Origin: an uncultured Desulfopila sp.
GTDB taxonomy: Bacteria > Desulfobacterota > Desulfobulbia > Desulfobulbales > Desulfocapsaceae
Assembly (NCBI GenBank): GCA_964441345.1
Contig: CAYTVF010000001.1
Span: 1-61,708 of the forward strand
DNA length: 61,708 nt
Direction: 5' to 3'
The notes under the pieces were generated by a model. That model was not told the DNA's origin, ran no database searches, and saw only the letters and a program-made list of their open reading frames with translations. The position numbers and the translations under genes were made by a program. Of the stretch, positions 58,145-61,708 are shown piece by piece (within the stretch, counting starts at the first letter, position 1; every line of letters begins with the position of its first letter).

Positions 58145-59995
58145 TCATTTCTCTTCATCATTTTTACGTGCCGGCTCCGTTTCCCGGATCGATTCCTCAT
58201 AGGACCGGGTGAGAAACCTGGCGATCTGCGCCTGATAGAACCGCTTTTGGGCCAGATCCATCATCGCGGCCTGACTTTCCGTTCGAACGGCCTCCTCCAC
58301 CAGGCCATTGGCCCAATAGGCGGTGGCCAGGGTATCGAGAACATGCCCTTTGGGCTGCAGGGTGGCGGCGGCTCTTGCCAAGGTCAGGGCTCTGAACGGA
58401 TCGCGGAGGCCGAGATTCTCACTCGTCAAAAGCAGCCATGCAAAATTGTTCATTATTTCCGGATTTGTCGGCTCAAGACTAAAAGCCTTTTCATAGGCCG
58501 CCAGAGCCTTCTCTTCCATTTTTCTGGTGAGCATCAGGTCGCCGATGAGACGCTGCCATATGGCGCGATCCGGCTCACGTTTGACCTTCTCCAGCAAAAC
58601 AGCCTCGGCAAAATTTTCCTGATAGCGCTCGGCCAGCTGTTTCGTCGGCAGCTGGCGGACCAGGATGCCGGCCAGGACCAGCACGGCGATATAGGCCGCA
58701 AGGCTGTAACGCACCTTGCGGTTATGCCGCCCGATCAGGCCGGGTTCCCGTTCGGCGTGTTCGAGACAGTCGATGCGCTCGCCGATCCCGAAATGATGCC
58801 AGTTCCGCTCATCACGATTATTGCCGCTCAATTCCGCGATCTTTTCAAAGGCCGAAACCAGCGCCCTGCTGTTGCCGATTGCGGCCAGGCTGAAAAGATC
58901 GGCCTGCCGTTCGAAATTACGGATAAAATATCCAAAAATAAAACGGAAATAGACCAGCATGAACAGCAGAATGGGCACGGCAACGACCAGCGTCGACATG
59001 GTCTCAACCGACATCCCGCTCGCCATCACCGCCTGGTTCACCACATCCCGGGAGAGAAGGAAATAGATCAATGGTTCTGCCAGCAATCCGGCCAGGAGAC
59101 TGAAACCGGCAATGAGGAAGATGTACAGGAGGAGATGGTATTTCTTGACGTGACCGATTTCATGGGCCATGACCGCTTCAAGCTCTAACCGGGACATCGT
59201 TTCGAGCAGCGCCGGGGTGAGAAGGATATATCTGAGACCGGGAACTATCCCCATCACCCCGGCCGTCATCACCCGCCCCTCAAAGAGCGGCCAGAGATAC
59301 AAGTCGACGGAAAAATTCTGCGTCGCGCAGAAGGCATCGAGCCGGCTCTTCAGATCTCCCTCCGGCAACTTTTTGCACCCCCACAGCCGCCGGACCAGCG
59401 GCGGGAAAAAAAGCAGGACAAAAACGAGAAATATGCAGAAAAAAAGCAGGTCCCCCCACTCTGCCGCAACGACCTTCTGCAACCCCGGCAGAGGCAGCAT
59501 TGCCACGATATCGTACAACAACGAGAGCACGACCCACGGCAGAACGATCGGCAGATTCGTCTTGATATTGGATTTGAGAAAGGAGATCGTACTTTGCCTG
59601 CGGTCAAAGATCCGCTCATAGTTCTCTTGGCCGGCCCGCCACATGATGGCCAAATAGCTGACAAAAAGCAGCAAGCCGGCAAAATTCACCAATGCCGGCA
59701 TGGTCTTGCCGAAGGTAATAAGGGAGAGATAATATTTCGGATCGCAGAGATAGAGCGTTGCCCCGAAGAAAAACAATGCGGTAACCGACAGCTGTTTTTC
59801 CGTTTGGAAATAGCCGGCCGCCTGCCGGGCCCGGTGCCTGCCGAACAGACTCGCGGCAAGTTTGTGGTACAGACCAAGCAGCAGGATCAGCAGCGCCGAT
59901 GCCTGCCAGCCGGGCAACAGCGGGGCTTCCGGGACGGAAACGACGCTGAAGAGAAAGATGGCGACCAGAAAGAGAATGAGGTTTGTGTACATCAA
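58145..59995 (-). CDS. M48-family membrane zinc metalloprotease with C-terminal TPR
   Basis: Multiple TM segments, AHEIGH, FERQAD, TPR-like NNFAW...LDTLA. Confidence 0.88.
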   Translation of the reverse strand: MMYTNLILFLVAIFLFSVVSVPEAPLLPGWQASALLILLLGLYHKLAASLFGRHRARQAAGYFQTEKQLSVTALFFFGATLYLCDPKYYLSLITFGKTMPALVNFAGLLLFVSYLAIMWRAGQENYERIFDRRQSTISFLKSNIKTNLPIVLPWVVLSLLYDIVAMLPLPGLQKVVAAEWGDLLFFCIFLVFVLLFFPPLVRRLWGCKKLPEGDLKSRLDAFCATQNFSVDLYLWPLFEGRVMTAGVMGIVPGLRYILLTPALLETMSRLELEAVMAHEIGHVKKYHLLLYIFLIAGFSLLAGLLAEPLIYFLLSRDVVNQAVMASGMSVETMSTLVVAVPILLFMLVYFRFIFGYFIRNFERQADLFSLAAIGNSRALVSAFEKIAELSGNNRDERNWHHFGIGERIDCLEHAEREPGLIGRHNRKVRYSLAAYIAVLVLAGILVRQLPTKQLAERYQENFAEAVLLEKVKREPDRAIWQRLIGDLMLTRKMEEKALAAYEKAFSLEPTNPEIMNNFAWLLLTSENLGLRDPFRALTLARAAATLQPKGHVLDTLATAYWANGLVEEAVRTESQAAMMDLAQKRFYQAQIARFLTRSYEESIRETEPARKNDEEK

Positions 59996-60209
59996 GGGGA
60001 TTCACCTTTTTTCGACGGATGCGGCCTAACTACAAATATCTTTTACTTTATTAGAATAGTTCCGTTTATCCATTTCGCAACAGCGTTGTCGTTCATCGCC
60101 CGAATCACTTCCACGGCGAGCGAAGCGTTGTTTTCCGAAAATTTTATTTTTCCATTGACTTTTTCATCAAGGTCATTTTATATAAGTCGTTTTATCGTCA
60201 GACAAAGGA

Positions 60210-60285
60210 GGGCGCATAGCTCAGCTGGTAGAGCCATCGGCTCATAACCGATCGGTCGTAGGTTCGAATCCTACTGCGCCCACCA
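60210..60285 (+). tRNA. tRNA with CAT anticodon (probably tRNA-Ile2 rather than Met)
   Basis: Acceptor stem GGGCGCA/TGCGCCC-ACCA, anticodon arm ATCGG-CTCATAA-CCGAT, GTTCGAA T-loop. The paired G1:C72 excludes initiator tRNA; Ile2 identity is inferred from resemblance. Confidence 0.92.
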
Positions 60286-60492
60286 CTTAATACAGCAGCT
60301 TCTGACCAGAAACAACGGGTTCCTTGGAAAAACTACTCTTATACATGCAAAAAGGGGAAAGCATAACATTCCCCTGGAAAATAAACTTCGATTCGGGCAA
60401 GAAATACCTGAAACGGAGAGGTGAATCGAAAGGTACATTCCCAGTGGAGTGTACCTTTTTTGTTTTCCTGCTCAACCACTACCAGTTTTACT

Positions 60493-61344
60493 ATGACGGT
60501 AAGAGTAAAGGACATTCTTAACAGCCTCAATACCGAGGCTCCATTCAGTCTGGCGGAGCCCTGGGACAATGTTGGCCTTTTGGTAGGCAGTCCGGAACAG
60601 GAAGTAACCGCGGTCCTGGCTGGACTCGACCCGACCAACCCCTTGCTGGATGAAGCGATTGCGCTTGGCGCCAACGTCGTCATCACCCACCATCCGGTGA
60701 TCTTCAAGCCGCTCCCGGCAATCGATACGACCGCCCCTTACGGCAGATTGCTGGAAAAAGCTCTTGCCGGCCGGATCGCCATCATCGGCTATCACACCAA
60801 TTACGACAATGCGGCGAACGGGGTCAGCACCATCCTGGCGCGGCAGCTTGGCCTGGAAAATCTCGTCCCCCTCATCCCCGGCGGAGAAGACGGCACCGGC
60901 CTCGGCAGAATCGGCACCTTCCCCGCCCCGCTTTCCGCGACCGACTTTGTCGCCAGGATTCTCGATGTTCTTGGTCTTGCAAGCGTGCACACCGCCGGCA
61001 GGCTACCGGACGAAATCGCCACTCTCGCGATTTGCGGGGGAAGCGGCTCCGAGTTCGCCGAACAGGCCCGCCTCCGCGGCGCCGATGTCTATCTCTCGGC
61101 GGAGATCAAACACAACATCGCTGTCTGGGCCGGAGAAACCGGTTTCTGTATTATCGACGGCACCCATTACGCAACTGAAAAACCGGCGATTGCTGCCCTT
61201 GTCACGCGACTCGAGCAGATCAGTCTCCGGGAAGGCTGGAATATAAGGACTATGCAGACGAAGACCGAGCGTCATCCCTTCGTTGCATTAGATAGAAAAC
61301 ACCAAAGTAAGGTCACACAGAAAGAGGAGAATCACCTTGAATGA
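60493..61344 (+). CDS. Nif3-like dinuclear metal centre protein
   Basis: WDNVGLLVG, ITHHP, HTNYD, GLGRIG, GGSG, HYATE. Start set at MTVRVKD. Confidence 0.92.
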   Translation: MTVRVKDILNSLNTEAPFSLAEPWDNVGLLVGSPEQEVTAVLAGLDPTNPLLDEAIALGANVVITHHPVIFKPLPAIDTTAPYGRLLEKALAGRIAIIGYHTNYDNAANGVSTILARQLGLENLVPLIPGGEDGTGLGRIGTFPAPLSATDFVARILDVLGLASVHTAGRLPDEIATLAICGGSGSEFAEQARLRGADVYLSAEIKHNIAVWAGETGFCIIDGTHYATEKPAIAALVTRLEQISLREGWNIRTMQTKTERHPFVALDRKHQSKVTQKEENHLE

Positions 61345-61708
61345 ACTTTTAGCCCAACTCGTCTCACTTCAGGCCATCGATTTGGAGATCGACCAAATCG
61401 ATAATGCCATCAAAGCTGAACAGGACGGTCTTGATAAACGTATTTCCGCCCTCGCCAAAAGAGAAGCTTTCATCAACGAACTGCAGGAACAGATCAGCTC
61501 CCAGCAGAAGGAAAGCCGGACCCTTGAAGGTGAAATGGCCGACAAGATGGATCATGTCAGGGATCGCCAGTCAAAAATGATGCAGGTCCAGACCGGCCGT
61601 GAGCAGACCGCCCTGCTCAAGGAAATCGAGGATGCCAAGAAGAATGCCAAAGAAAACGAAGAAAGAATCATGGCGATCATGCTGTCCATCGAAAAACTGA
61701 CAACCCAG
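61337..61708 (+). CDS. Coiled-coil / C4 zinc-ribbon (CT398/DUF164-like) protein, 5' part only
   Basis: TTG start after GAGGAG; MNELLAQLVSLQAIDLEID...REQTALLKEIE; open to the window end; typical neighbour of nif3. Confidence 0.75.
   Translation, partial: MNELLAQLVSLQAIDLEIDQIDNAIKAEQDGLDKRISALAKREAFINELQEQISSQQKESRTLEGEMADKMDHVRDRQSKMMQVQTGREQTALLKEIEDAKKNAKENEERIMAIMLSIEKLTTQ

Noticed and set aside
55711-59621. Long plus-strand ORFs (55711-56277, 56641-57435, 58115-59188 and others)
   Set aside because: Antisense shadows of smpB, the ATPase and the M48 gene in GC-rich DNA.
60493-61344. Nif3 protein as a GTP cyclohydrolase supplying preQ0 to the TGT-like enzymes
   Set aside because: It is a core-genome gene outside the elements in its usual context, and that annotation for the family is doubtful.

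Overview
About 55 kb of this window is two related, lower-GC integrative elements stacked in tandem at the 3' end of the tmRNA gene (ssrA, 55295-55658, minus strand). The last ~6 kb is GC-richer housekeeping DNA (smpB, a GspE/PilB-type ATPase, an M48 peptidase, a tRNA with CAT anticodon, a Nif3 protein, a zinc-ribbon protein), probably from a Desulfobacterota-type host (inference). A 23-bp duplicate of the ssrA 3' end at 23930-23952 separates element A (~23.9-55.3 kb, complete, integrase at its far end) from element B (1-23.9 kb, running off the window). Both share one backbone: conserved leader, ~1100-aa primase-helicase, palindromic ori-like element, small tyrosine recombinase with a 31-bp inverted-repeat site, ~515-aa protein with tRNA-guanine-transglycosylase (TGT/DpdA)-like motifs, and a convergent serine resolvase whose res region abuts swappable cargo. 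A carries BREX type 1, a small-protein/HExxH-protein/dCTP-deaminase cassette, an HTH-nuclease-STAND NTPase and AlkA. B carries an EcoKI-like type I RM operon extended by an ABC ATPase and an HNH nuclease, plus a RiPP-like cluster: radical SAM/SPASM, PqqD/RRE, an unannotated 48-aa precursor ending CRQCSSCHGCR, an HD protein, a QW-repeat protein and an AsnB-like amidotransferase. The best novelty candidates are the RiPP-like cluster, the backbone TGT-like enzyme with its element family, and the HExxH-Dcd cassette. All family calls come from reading motifs by eye; no searches were run.
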